A DNA stretch of 64,000 nt from Ostrea edulis (lineage: Eukaryota), in contig NC_079168.1 in NCBI RefSeq assembly GCF_947568905.1, forward strand, positions 29,884,001 to 29,948,000, given 5' to 3'. The position numbers and the translations under genes are program-made. The notes beneath the pieces were generated by a model, which worked only from the letters and a program-made list of their open reading frames with translations, did not search any database and was not told the origin of the DNA. Below, in pieces: positions 21,671 to 33,020 of this stretch (position 1 is the stretch's first letter; the number at the start of each line of letters is the position of its first letter).

Positions 21671-24499
21671 GTGTACACGTACATCTGCGGTCCTTTACAG
21701 ATATTACGAGTAGACCCAGGTAAATAGTCGTCCGCATTCGATGCGTTTTCATGGCGAGCATACATGTCATGTAAGTACTGTACTTATAAACATGACTCAT
21801 GTTTATAAGTACAGTAGTATTTATATATTTGCCTTTTACTTGAAGTAATTGTGAATGATATAGATTGTATACCCTTTGCTTGTTCCATTTTATCAATAGA
21901 TAAGAGATGAAATATTTCTCCGCGTTTTTGTATAGTTTTGACATATTTACTGCAAATGTACGCACATTCACGTAAAGAAAAGGCATTCTATATATATTTA
22001 TCCAAAGCTTTTAGAATGGTTTACTACTGTACGATATGTTTATTATAATTTTGAGCAATGCGTGGTGTTCATCAATAGATGTTCCAAAACGTGATTTCAT
22101 TTCTTCTTGATGTTCTATAAATTAGTATCGGAGATGTACGTGTTACCTGGCGAAGCTACTCGCACAGGTAAATCGAAGACACTGATGTGAAGTGAAGCGT
22201 AGCAAAACCCGTCCCCTTATATACCATACGAACCCTAATACATATAACAATAGAATATCCAACTAATATGGCGGATTATCAGAGAAATATGGCGGACATA
22301 TAGAATTATACTATATTTATTAATTCATGTCAGCTTTAACTCGGATCCTCTCAAAAGAAATATTATTAAGATGATTATTATGATGCTGGTGGAAATATGA
22401 ATTGGTCCCCTCTTTCTCATCCGTCTCCCCAACTTTCTGATGCCCCCGTAATCCCAAATGTTGAACATGGATCATTGTAAAAGTTTAACACTACATGAAC
22501 AGTCAATGTACCTCAGTCATGTACAATGCAATTCACAGGCATTTGGAGTATGGATATTACTACCCCCCCCCCCCTTTTTTTAATGATATTTTATGTGTGG
22601 CAATAAACACTGATAATTGTTCTGAAATGTGTAAATTCCCTGTCTATCTTATCCTTCTTTCGATTCATGTAATCGTTTCACGCTTTTTGTAAGCTTTAGA
22701 GATTGACCTTCTGCCAGTACCGGTATAATAAAATACACAAGGTATGAAACAAAAATTTGTAAACAAACGGGGTCTCCGTTTCGGGGCACATTATCCAAGT
22801 AATAGCAGCGTTACCTAAGAAATTTTAGCGAGCGGCAGGTCGTGGAGATGTCATACTACAAGTCTCTTCAACTCAATACCCATCTCATCTCTTTTATTTG
22901 ACACAATCTTGCGTGCATTGATTGTCCGGAAAGGCCTTTATCTCTTTCACTCGCAGTCAAAAAGGAGGTCACAGAGTACGAATTTATTGTACGCAAAGAC
23001 ATTGCTTAATTTCGGGATCATCCGAATGGTCTCGGGATTATTCGCGGACCAATCACACGACACGTTATAAATGACTAAAATAACATAGTGCAGAATTCTA
23101 GACTTTTGGTATACTTTATATCAATTTGAAGGTTTGCTTGAAAACGTAATAAGTAAATGGGCTTATTTTTGGGGTGTGTAACGGGATGTGCGACGCTACA
23201 ATCCAAATAACAAACAAGAACAGTACTGAAGAATTATTGAAAAAAATTTATTTTCAAATGAAAGGAAGATATATAGGTAACAGTCTCACACCAATCACAC
23301 ACCTACCAAAAAAAAAAAAAAACTAATATTCACGATAACAGGAAAACAGTACCTATCGTATATGTATAAAAATTCAAACAAAAGAAAACCCGGGAAAATT
23401 AAATTGCCAATAGAATGGATCGTTTTGTATCACAAAAAGTCACATCAAACTGTAGATGTCACACCCAATCCCTCCAGTCCTTCCGGGCTTTATATCCAAA
23501 GCTGGGAATGGTATAGGATGTCCGAGACAATCCACGTTGATATCATCACCATCGTCACAATTATCATCACCACGATGAAGTCACCATCACGATCATCATC
23601 ATCACAGATATGACGCTACAACATTGATCGATTCATAAATCGTATGATCCCGTATTATAATGGCAAAATTTCATTGGCAATTAATGAAGCTAGGAAATAG
23701 TAAATACATGTCCACTAATATAACATCGTTTTATTGAAATGGCCGTTTATAAAATGGCGGATCAAACTTCCGGTCACTTACTTTCACCCAGCCATTTAAA
23801 AGAAAAGCAACACCCGAGAACAAAAATAAAATAAAGCAGAATAAGCATTCGTTTTACAGGTAGTGTATAACAGCTATGTCAAAATATCTATAGAAAACAC
23901 CAATGTTATAAAAACACTCTCTCGCTTATGTCACACCTGAGAGCATATACAGGTAAGAGTCTCCAGTGAATGACAAGGTGCCAAGGTGAAAAAGTTGAAA
24001 AGTACATTTTACCACTAAATATATATACTACAAATATAATGCAAAAGATACTCACCACGGTCTGCTATCCGTGCCCAAGTCATAAGTTCCCTAACTAAAA
24101 TTGAATTCTTGAACGAATGAAGATATTAGCCCGCTGTGACAATGTACCCGTCTGTCTTACATGGCGACTCTCCTGGAAATGACCCGGCCACTATTGTTCG
24201 AGCGCCACTGAGCTATTTGCGGAGAATTATGGGTAATTCAAATTTCAAGGGCGTATTCGATATGGCATACTCGTGATTGTTACAGGGAGCTCTTGTTGAT
24301 TTTTTGCATACTATCCTTCTAGTAGTTCATTTTCGGAAAAAAATTTAAGACTTACTCTATATATGTTTGCAAACACTACGGCGAAATTGATGATGCAATC
24401 TACACCCGGAAACGACAACACGCACACGTAAACAAAGGGTCACCGATTCTGGTCAGTCACCGAAATAGGACAGTCGACGATACAACCTACCAAACAACC

Positions 24500-24685
24500 G
24501 TTTACCAGATTGTGATATAGGGCTCTGGGGAGGGGGTATGGCCGGTCAACAGGGAAATCTTACTCTTCCTAAGCACCATATCTCGCCTCTGGTATATCCA
24601 GGGGTCCGTGTTCGCCCTTCTCTCTTCATTTGAATTCTTTATGGTAATTATGAGATTGGTCAATGTTTGATAACTTCACCCTTTC
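24500..24685 (+). mobile_element. degenerate PLE 3' fragment
   Basis: CCGGTCAACAGGG...CTCTGGTATATCCAGGGGTCCGTGTT...TTATGAGATTGGTCA...CTTCACC. Confidence 0.65.
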
Positions 24686-25302
24686 ATTCGCTGAGTACTT
24701 GCGTTAAAAGTGAAAATTGCATGGATGAAATATTGAAACTGAGGTCCTGGTGTCGTCCATTCGTTAGGTTATTAAATAACTTGCAGCAACACTAAAAATA
24801 CACCCCCCTCCCTCAAATAATAAATTCTTAACAAAATGACTTGCAATCTCACCTATAAATGAGCACTTCTATCACAAGGACCCAAGCATAAGTATGATGT
24901 ATAAATTATTTGTCATTGAAATAAGATAATTCAAATAAAATATATATACTTAATCAACAGGAAATAGATGTATCGTTGGACAATTTGTTTACATACGACT
25001 ATTTTCCCCTAAGTAACTTAGTCTAATACATGTACCAGGAAATATAATTGTGAACTTCCCACTGCAATTCTCATGACTTACGTTTTTCATTTACGGATAT
25101 AAAATCAAATAATACTCTATGCATTTATTTGCATAACAATTTTTAAACATATGTGTATTTCCACTTGCAAATTCTCGTTGTGTCTGTTGCAATCATAAAC
25201 TGGAACTAAGTTTGAATCTAAATAAAACAAAATAGAAAAATAAAATAAAATAACGCTTCTCTTTCTCTCCGAATTAACAAAGATATTTTCTTTCATTCAC
25301 AG

Positions 25303-25662
25303 CGTCGTAGAGAGGGCCAGCCCAACCTCCGTTATAGCCAAATCTCGTACCGTCTCCGTGATGACGACGAGAATTACGTGCTCTTGTGGTTTGTTCTTTA
25401 CATCTTACGAATCTGGGGAACAGCAAGATACGTGAAATTTGTCTACGAGGCCAGTACGGGTCAAACGTCCGAGCTGGATTTTGACCAGACGGACATGGTA
25501 CTCATGCACTTTCAGAGCGTTGGTGACAGCTCCCAGGCTTTTTTCAATTGTCTACTTTTTTGTGTTAAGGACAGTACGGTAAGGCATGGATTATTAACTA
25601 GGCTGTTCTGTCGACGGAACCAACTTCAAGGAAGACAACTGAATGAATACAACCAGATTTAA
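25303..25662 (+). CDS. GPR157: GPR157-like GPCR, exon 3 (terminal)
   Basis: Acceptor TTTCATTCACAG|CGT (phase 0). Encodes TM6 VLLWFVLYILRIWGT and TM7 QSVGDSSQAFFNCLLFC. Stop TAA at 25660-25662. The three exons total 1119 nt, about 372 aa. Confidence 0.85.
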   Translation, partial: RRREGQPNLRYSQISYRLRDDDENYVLLWFVLYILRIWGTARYVKFVYEASTGQTSELDFDQTDMVLMHFQSVGDSSQAFFNCLLFCVKDSTVRHGLLTRLFCRRNQLQGRQLNEYNQI

Positions 25663-25961
25663 ACAATTTTAAGCGATTTTCCTATAAATTTGGAAATCAA
25701 GAAGGACAGTACTAAATCTCTAAAATTCAAGGTTTTAACAGATCTTTTTCGAAATGAATATAATTATTATAGAAGTATGAACTATTTTCTGTGTTTCTAT
25801 CATGAACTAAGTGATGATTTTGTTGTTTGAGAACAGTCTCCGCTGACGTCATGTAATTTGACTACAGGAAGTTTTTTTTCTGAACTAGTTTGGTTTCAAT
25901 ATTTTCCCACACTTTGCACTGGTAATCTAATTCTATGCATGCATGCAATATATCTACTTAA

Positions 25962-26956
25962 AGAGACACTACAGCTCATTTTCCACATTTTAATAAAGTG
26001 TTTTTAAAAACACGTATTGATAAAATGATAAAACTCATATCGATACTGACAATTTTGAACAATTGGATGCATTCATTTACTCTCAACTGCGCTTTGAAGA
26101 TCCTCCGGAATTCAAACGTTTCTTCATGCTGACTCGGACTTTTGAATGCTTATTTACATCACGTGGTTTTGAATGACAGCAAAGGTGTTGTGTAGGACTC
26201 CCCTTCAAGGGGACCACACTCACCTTTCAAGTATAAGCTAGATTATTTCCTGCTCATTATAATAAGTAATTATATAAATCATAATTCAACAGAAACCCAC
26301 CTATGTTCTTATTGACCGATGTTTTTACAACCGGTTAACACTTGTCGTGTTGAGATAAAAATAACACTTTTAAAGCAGTTCTTCGCGGCTAGTCCCAATA
26401 GCAGATTTAGGGAGGCCAGGATCCCCCTCCCCCTTTTAACCACAAATTGTGAGTGAAACTCCAAATTTTGCACCCAGAATGGCCGATTACTTTGGCTAAT
26501 ATTTGACTTTCACATCTTCCTTCGGAAATCCTAGATCCGCCAATGAGTTACAATCGTTTCTCCTAGCTCTTTGTTTTCCAACGGTCATACTGATCCCAAG
26601 GTAAATTTTATTTCACGTATGAGTTTTGTCTCATTTTATTTTTACCTCTTTTCTCATAGAATCTTTCAAAATTCTGGATCTATCGATATCCACTGCACTA
26701 CACTTTCTCTCACTTGACGACATGCTACACTGTTTACTGTCTATGCGCATGCGTCTGAAGACCGAAGGAGGAGACTCGATATTTTTTGTATAGGCCATCA
26801 AAAAGTATTAATTTTTACGTTAAAACGAGAGTTTGTAACTTTAGATAAGTGTTATTTTCGCAAAGTTCATACATTCAACAATGCAACAAAAATTGAGAAA
26901 GCCCTGAGAAAATTGTCATTTCATGATTTTTGCGCAAAATGAGCTGTAGTGTCTCT
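25962..26956. mobile_element. Kolobok-like MITE (995 bp)
   Basis: TTAA|AGAGACACTACAGCTCATTTT ... AAAATGAGCTGTAGTGTCTCT|TTAA: perfect 21-bp TIR with TTAA TSD. Confidence 0.85.
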
Positions 26957-29629
26957 TTAATTAATATTATTTATTAATTATTAATGATTTATATTGTTAA
27001 TTATTATTAACAATATAATCAGTAAAATGTAAGTCCAATTATGTTTGTTCTTTGAGCTAACCTTACTGGAATCTTCCATAATCCCCCCCATTCCTATCAT
27101 TCTACACAAAGAGGAATGGAGGATATGATTTGTATGGTATGGATAATAAATGTTCCCGCACACTTTAAGGAAAACTTTTTTTGCATCAGAATTCTACTAG
27201 ACAAATAGGAAATGTCCTAATTCGCTCATTGATTAGCAAGCCAGAACAATAGACATTGTAATTTGCAGTGTTTATAGTGCTAGCTTGATCCTGCATCCTT
27301 TACTTATGTAAATATTGATTTGACATATATCACACTTCAGGTCGACTCCCCCCATCGATATCTTACAGCTACGTCACAAAAAGTCAAAGGAGGCGGATTA
27401 AAAATGTAGAACTTCTTAGTTTTTATAGTGCATTTAAAAGCTGTAGTAAAATTGAAATCACAGAACTTTTCCAAAACCACATCACCAAAACATGACTGTT
27501 CAACAATTAATATCATCATCTCTCACAGTAGACAAAAAGACAACATAGACAGCTGCTTCCGATCGTCTAACAGTTTGTTGCAGTTCCCATGGACACAGAT
27601 TATGCTTCTTTATTAGCTGACATGTTTAATTTGTATTCATATGAAAGAGAATTTATCCAAAAACTTCTACATGTCTAGAAATATATTTCTGCAGCCTCTA
27701 CCTCGACATTTAGATATATCAACGGCGTTTTATATATTGACAATACTCGCTTTCATTCATAAGTTGATTCGATACATCCTAATGAACTCAAAATACGTCA
27801 CTTCTGTCTTACACGTCTGTTTCATAGTGGGAATCTATACTGAACATAAGCATTAACGGCAAACTAACAAGTTAGCTTTTTGACAAACGGGATGCCATCA
27901 GCTTTTCCATCATTAATTGTTTTTAATTTATGAAATAATATTCCATCATCAGCCTGTTTATGTCTCGTACAACTGTAATTGATTCGATATGCGAGAGTAC
28001 GTTTTGCGTATGATCAATTTTTAAATTGAAGCAGTCTACTTTTTCTTGAGGATAGCAGTGACTATTCTTAGCCACCAAATTTCTTCATTAGTTTACAGTA
28101 ACGATATGGAACATGCTCCCTTAATCTTAATACTCTTGTTTTTCTTCTGAAAAAAGGCTTTTAGATACTGCACATAAATATGCGTTATGTATGTAAGTAT
28201 GTAGGTATGTATATATGGAGGTATGTATGTATGGAGGCGCGGAGTTGTGAGAGCATGTTGCTATCTAGTAAATTGAAGAAGGAGAGCCCTTCTTTTCCTC
28301 TGGGTGTAGCTGCAATAATGTAGCCCTCTCCGATTTTTTTTTTAGGAAAGGGCTACAAATCCTTAGGATCTCTGAAATGGTGCAGATGCGGGAGTGATTC
28401 ACTCCCGCAACATTTTCGATTATTCTAAACATTTGCTGACTTTCTTTATAGGTAAATAAAATGATATTCTATGTTTCTTAGTCAGTATATAAATTTACAA
28501 CCTGCAACTTACGATTTGTGAGGCTCTATTCTACCGTTTTCAACAATTTCGATATATTCCAATTTCTCGATTCATATTTGTGCGCCATGTTTGATGTACT
28601 GAAAGTTTTAACTTCCGATTGTCAAGTTATTTGCATATGCCATATAAGGTAGTATTTACATCAATGGACAAGTACTAAAGAGAAAGCTATTTCGTCGGTA
28701 TTAAAAAGGTTTAGATTTGATATCAAGTTAAAAATACGAACAGCAGAGTGTATATTCTTTCTGCATACATATGATTTTCCTTTCTTTGTCGGATTGGCTC
28801 GAGTAACTACATTTTCGCGCAGATTGTCAATGTTTAGGTTTTTCAGTAGATCCACCTACGATATCTCGCGATAAAAATCATGGCGGAGCAGGCGAAAAAT
28901 TTTGCATGCTGTACAATATGTTTAATGAAAAACACCTTTATTAGACATGCCCAAAAAAACAGAGTTGGTACTCCGTTTGGTGTAAACAACATTTGGGACT
29001 AATACACTGAGCTTATTATCGGTTATTCATAAAATTATTTTTGTTATTACGGAGATCCTATGGAATTTTAGCTCTATCCCGAAAACGTCAGAATAAAAAA
29101 AAAAAAATCAGATATGGCTACATTACTGTGGCTGCTCTGTGTGAAGTGGTCGAAATTCCTTCATACAAACTAGTAAGTGTTAAACTAGATCGGTAAACAG
29201 AAAATGGATTTGAAATAAAACGTGGTTTAGTTTACAAGTATGTTTCATCCCAGCTCATAGAACAATGCAAACCGTCCCCGATGCGGCTTAGTGTAGTACT
29301 AAGAATTTATCCTTCTCATAGTCATTGTGGAAATGGGAAGTTTTGTATGCAACAGCTCTAGAATATATATACATTCTTTTGACACACAGAAAATTGGGTA
29401 TCATGAGGGCAAGGTTACTTCAAGGTCACTGTCCTTTTTACAGCAGGCATCAGTTGTATCTATTAGTGGTTTATCACGAGTTTTGTACTAATTTGTAGCA
29501 TAGGAACAATGTCGGAAAATATTTCTATCTTTTTGTAAAGCAAGACTATAATCACTGTAAAGTTCAACACGATAAACCTTATATCCTTTGATAATCCTAC
29601 ACAATTATCTCACGATATAGAACTCACGG

Positions 29630-29967
29630 ACACCGCCGCGGTGGTCTAGAGGTTAGAGCGTTTGCCCCGCGTGTGGAAAACCGGGGTTCGAATCCCGGCG
29701 GCGACAGACCTAAGTCGTTAGAACAGGTAGTGACAGTTCCATCGCCAACGTTCGGCATCAGGCGTGAATGTCAAGGGTCCTCGGGGATGACCTTAAAGAC
29801 GGATGTTCCGTGTCACAGTAGGTGTGGTACGCTAAAGAACCCTCACTGTTCAATAGCTGTAAGCGCCGAGGGAAGGCCTAAATTTGAGGACCTTCACCGG
29901 TATTGGTGACGTCCCTATAAGAGTGAAAAATTCTCGAGTGAGACGCTTAACAAGATACAATCAATTA
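29630..29967 (+). mobile_element. full-length tRNA-derived SINE with a 13-bp TSD
   Basis: Pol III A-box-like TGGTCTAGAGG and B-box GGTTCGAATCC. Flanked by ATAGAACTCACGG at 29617-29629 and 29968-29980. Tail ...CAATCAATTA. Confidence 0.85.
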
Positions 29968-30098
29968 ATAGAACTCACGGCGGGTATGACCGGTCGACAG
30001 GGTATGCTTACTCCACCTGTTTCCACCTCTGGTATATCCAGGAGTCCCTGCTTGCCTAACTCCCTATTTTGTAGTCCTTATAAGTTATCTTCACATTT
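29968..30098 (+). mobile_element. PLE 3' fragment, the target of the SINE insertion
   Basis: CTCACGGCGGGTATGACCGGTCGACAGGGTATGCTTACTCC...CTCTGGTATATCCAGG. Confidence 0.7.
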
Positions 30099-31219
30099 CA
30101 TCATTTACCTCTATTGCATATATTTTGTAAAAACCTTTTTCATATGTATTGATGTAACGAGGTAGAGAAGGACACAATAATAGATAAATGTCGGATCAAG
30201 TGAAAAAGAGAAAACTATGTTCCTATCCCCCCCCCTTAAAAATTAAAAGGATTATATGACAACGTGGAATTATGATATTACTAGCAGTAGTGAGTTTGAC
30301 ATGCATTGCATTATGTTTAATTGTTTTATCAATTGAATTTGTCCCAAAAACTCAAGAAATTTGAAATCATTGCTACTACTATTACAGCTGTATTTATAGA
30401 ATGCTATTGTCCTGAAAATCATTAATTAACATTTTTCTTTTCTCTCTCAATAATGAAAATTGTTAATCAATGAAAGTCTTCTGCTCACTTCTGTCATTGC
30501 TGCACTGTGGTGAATTTGCAAAATTGGTTTTAAAGCTAAATTACACTGTATAACTTTGTTGTAAAATCTGAACTATTTCATTTGGAACAATTTCATTCTT
30601 TTTGTTGTCCTTCGTGATTTCCATACATGACAAACTCGTCTAGACCTGTTGATATAGACTAACTTGTAAATAATCTGATTTAGATTCTAGTTTATGGTTT
30701 TAGGCATGTTTTCGTTGTGTTTGTAAGGACAGCATATTTTGTTAAACTGAAAACTTTTGTAATTACAAATTAACATGATATCAGATAACTGTTTTACACA
30801 CTGAATCACTAGTCATTTTGTTTCCAAGCGCAGAACCGAGGAGGAGCTAAGCAAGATTGACTGTTTTGACAACCACATCAGATTAAAAGTTCGTGCACAC
30901 AAGGTGTCGTGATTGGTTTTGTCATGCATTGGGGAAGGGGGAAGTTTTATCAAATGGAAATACAGTTCAGGGAAATATGGTATAGATGTATTTTGCCACA
31001 AAGAAACAATCTTTTTGTGTGAAAAGTGCAAAAGACACACTAAACATTACTTGATAAATATTGAAAAGTTTTTATGAAATCAATTTTTTTTTTAATAACG
31101 GGGTTTATAGTAAAAACATTTTTGTATTCCCTGATGGAATTGAAGCATGTTCATAATATATATTGTATGTACATCAATTATTTACGAATATTTATATACT
31201 TACGACAATTATGCACAGA

Positions 31220-31358
31220 AGAAATGGACAAGCATTGTGAACAGAAAGTATGAGTCACAAAACCTGAAACCAAAGAAGATTCAAGGATATGTTAAGAGCA
31301 TTTTGAAGATGACAGATGTGCTACCTTAAACCCCTTCCCTACACTAAACTTAGGTTAC
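31220..31358 (+). pseudogene. THAP zinc-finger domain remnant, probably from a DNA transposon
   Basis: KKWTSIVNRK...KP, then in a shifted frame DSRIC*EHFEDD, then PFPTLNLGY. This matches the W...C-x-x-HF...PTL pattern of THAP domains and is broken by a stop and frameshifts. Confidence 0.5.
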
Positions 31359-31689
31359 ACACCCCACAAACCTATCACGTTTAGGTCTCCACCTACGGAA
31401 TAATCAGACGTTCACCAAAACAACAAAGGAAAACCAAAGAAACTTCATTCTGCAGCAGATTTACATCCATGTTTGACCCAGCAATCCATTTCAGACTTAA
31501 ATTTTGAAGTTGAGCAAAGTTTACATGTATTCAAGGAAATTGAAAACTGAAATTCCAAATACATTATCCAAGATGTATGACATAAGAACACATATTAAAT
31601 GAATTATAAATTTATTATGTTAATGGCGTTACTGGCCGCGGTGAAGTAAATTGAGGCTACCAATGCATAGGGCCGCCTCGCACAAAAGT

Positions 31690-31995
31690 TCACACAAAAG
31701 TGACGGCCCATCAAGAGGCTCACTGTGCAATGGGTTATCGCAAATGCACAAGCGTCACGAAAACAACAAATCACAAATATGACGGCCCATCAAGAGGCTT
31801 AATGCGCATTAGCACAAACGTCACTCAATCAACAAATTCACAAAATGTGACGGCCCATCAAGAGGCTCATTGTGCAATGGGTGATCGCAAAAGCACAATC
31901 GTCACGAAAAACAAATTCAAAGCACAAACTTCATTGTGCAATGGGTGATCGCAAAAGCACAATCGTCACGAAAAACAAATTCAAAGCACAAACTT
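31690..31995. repeat. modular tandem repeats in the 3' region of the Ngaro element
   Basis: TGACGGCCCATCAAGAGGCT x3 interleaved with CATTGTGCAATGGGTGATCGCAAAAGCACAATCGTCACGAAAAACAAATTCA-like units x3. Confidence 0.85.
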
Positions 31996-32348
31996 TACAA
32001 ATAATCATTCAAAATGTCAAAGGCAACAAATGTTCATACAAGTATATATATGGGAATGCATGGTGTCCATTCAGCAGGTTCATGGTAGTTTAGTCAACTG
32101 CATAACGTATTTACAGGATGACGAATCAACATACTCAAAGCTAAATAGACAGTTCGAATATCACATCAGAATTTGTTTCCAGATGGTTGACACTCTTCCA
32201 TTGGAGTAGGGGTGTGACGAAACACGCCACTTGCAAGGGCCATGAACATGGCTCTTCAACCGCCACCAATGGAGTGCCCACAATGGTGACGGCGGCAGCT
32301 CCCCAACTCCAATGGTCACCGCTGGCCAGTGAATACGTTGCCCTAGAG

Positions 32349-32935
32349 TTAGACTGGAAAGCCTATTGCATCGCAACAAGTGAAGTTTAGAAGGGCCCCC
32401 TGGAAGTTATTTAAGAACAAATCATTGCCAAGCTGAGATAAGTGAACCCCATTGGAGTCAAAGAGGGACAGTGGTTTGGCGCTGATTTGGGGTGTTTAAT
32501 ATAACGGCCACCCCGAACTGACAAAAACCTGATAGCTTCCCTATCTATTCTACCTCTGATCCTGTTCATTGCCCTGGTATTATTTGAAAAACGCCACGAA
32601 AACCTTGGCAATGACGAGGACCAGACGATAGAGGTGGTAGGAAACATGGCACGAATTTGTAACAAAGTAGAAATTAGAATTTGCAGTAGGCGCTTCGTTG
32701 TAGTCTGTCCCACATTGTTGGCTCCACAATGAATAATTAAGAAGGCGGGTGGATTTTCGTACCGTAATAAGGTCGTTAGTTTGGGAGCAAGGTCCTGCAG
32801 CTTCATGCCACTATAGCCCTGCCACCAAATGGAGATATTGTCCAAGTTGAGGTTGAGCCCCCCAAGTCTAGTAGCTGCAAAACTGGCCGCTCTCTTTATA
32901 ATTGAAGATCCCACAATCCAAACATTTGTTACATC
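32349..32935 (-). pseudogene. SGNH/GDSL hydrolase ORF of the Ngaro element (frameshifted)
   Basis: Block I VWIVGSSII, block II GYSG, block III IIHCGANNVG. Block V NGVHLS is reached only after a frameshift near 32480, and that frame ends ...CDAIGFPV* at 32349. Confidence 0.8.
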
Positions 32936-33020
32936 TAAAATTCTTGGTGTGAATTAGCTTGGGGTAGCAAATACTGGCATATAAATGAATTAAAGCCAAA
33001 CAATGACAATAAAAGTATAT

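Larger units (their letters stand above)
17105..22335. mobile_element. 5.2-kb TTAA-flanked non-autonomous DNA transposon (Kolobok-like)
   Basis: TTAA|AGCTGACATGAATTAATAAATAT ... ATATTTATTAATTCATGTCAGCT|TTAA: perfect 23-bp TIR, TTAA TSD and 5'-AG terminus. Degenerate inverted similarity continues inward (about 17310-17520 vs 21860-22060). Confidence 0.8.

Noticed and set aside
23362-23613. 83-aa ORF with a Ser/Thr/Ile-rich tail
   Set aside because: The tail is a (CAT/CAC)n low-complexity tract, with no coding evidence on this strand.
26397-26545. Possible Harbinger/Tourist-like mini-element (…AGCAGATTTAGG…CCTAGATCCGCCAATG) inside the Kolobok-like MITE
   Set aside because: The left TIR is too degraded and there is no clear TSD.
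27855-27960. Very degraded PLE RT fragment (GGCAAACTAACA...GACAAACGGGATG)
   Set aside because: Similar to 37213-37330 but too short and decayed to annotate as a separate feature.
28660-29580. Divergent short ORFs (28661-28855 minus; ATGGCGGAG at about 28880 plus) suggesting a two-gene DNA transposon
   Set aside because: Too degenerate; no catalytic motif, TIR or TSD that I can support.
29632-29705. tRNA gene candidates here and at 63525-63595
   Set aside because: A and B boxes are present, but the cloverleaf is degenerate and runs into a ~270-bp body shared with other copies. These are SINE heads.
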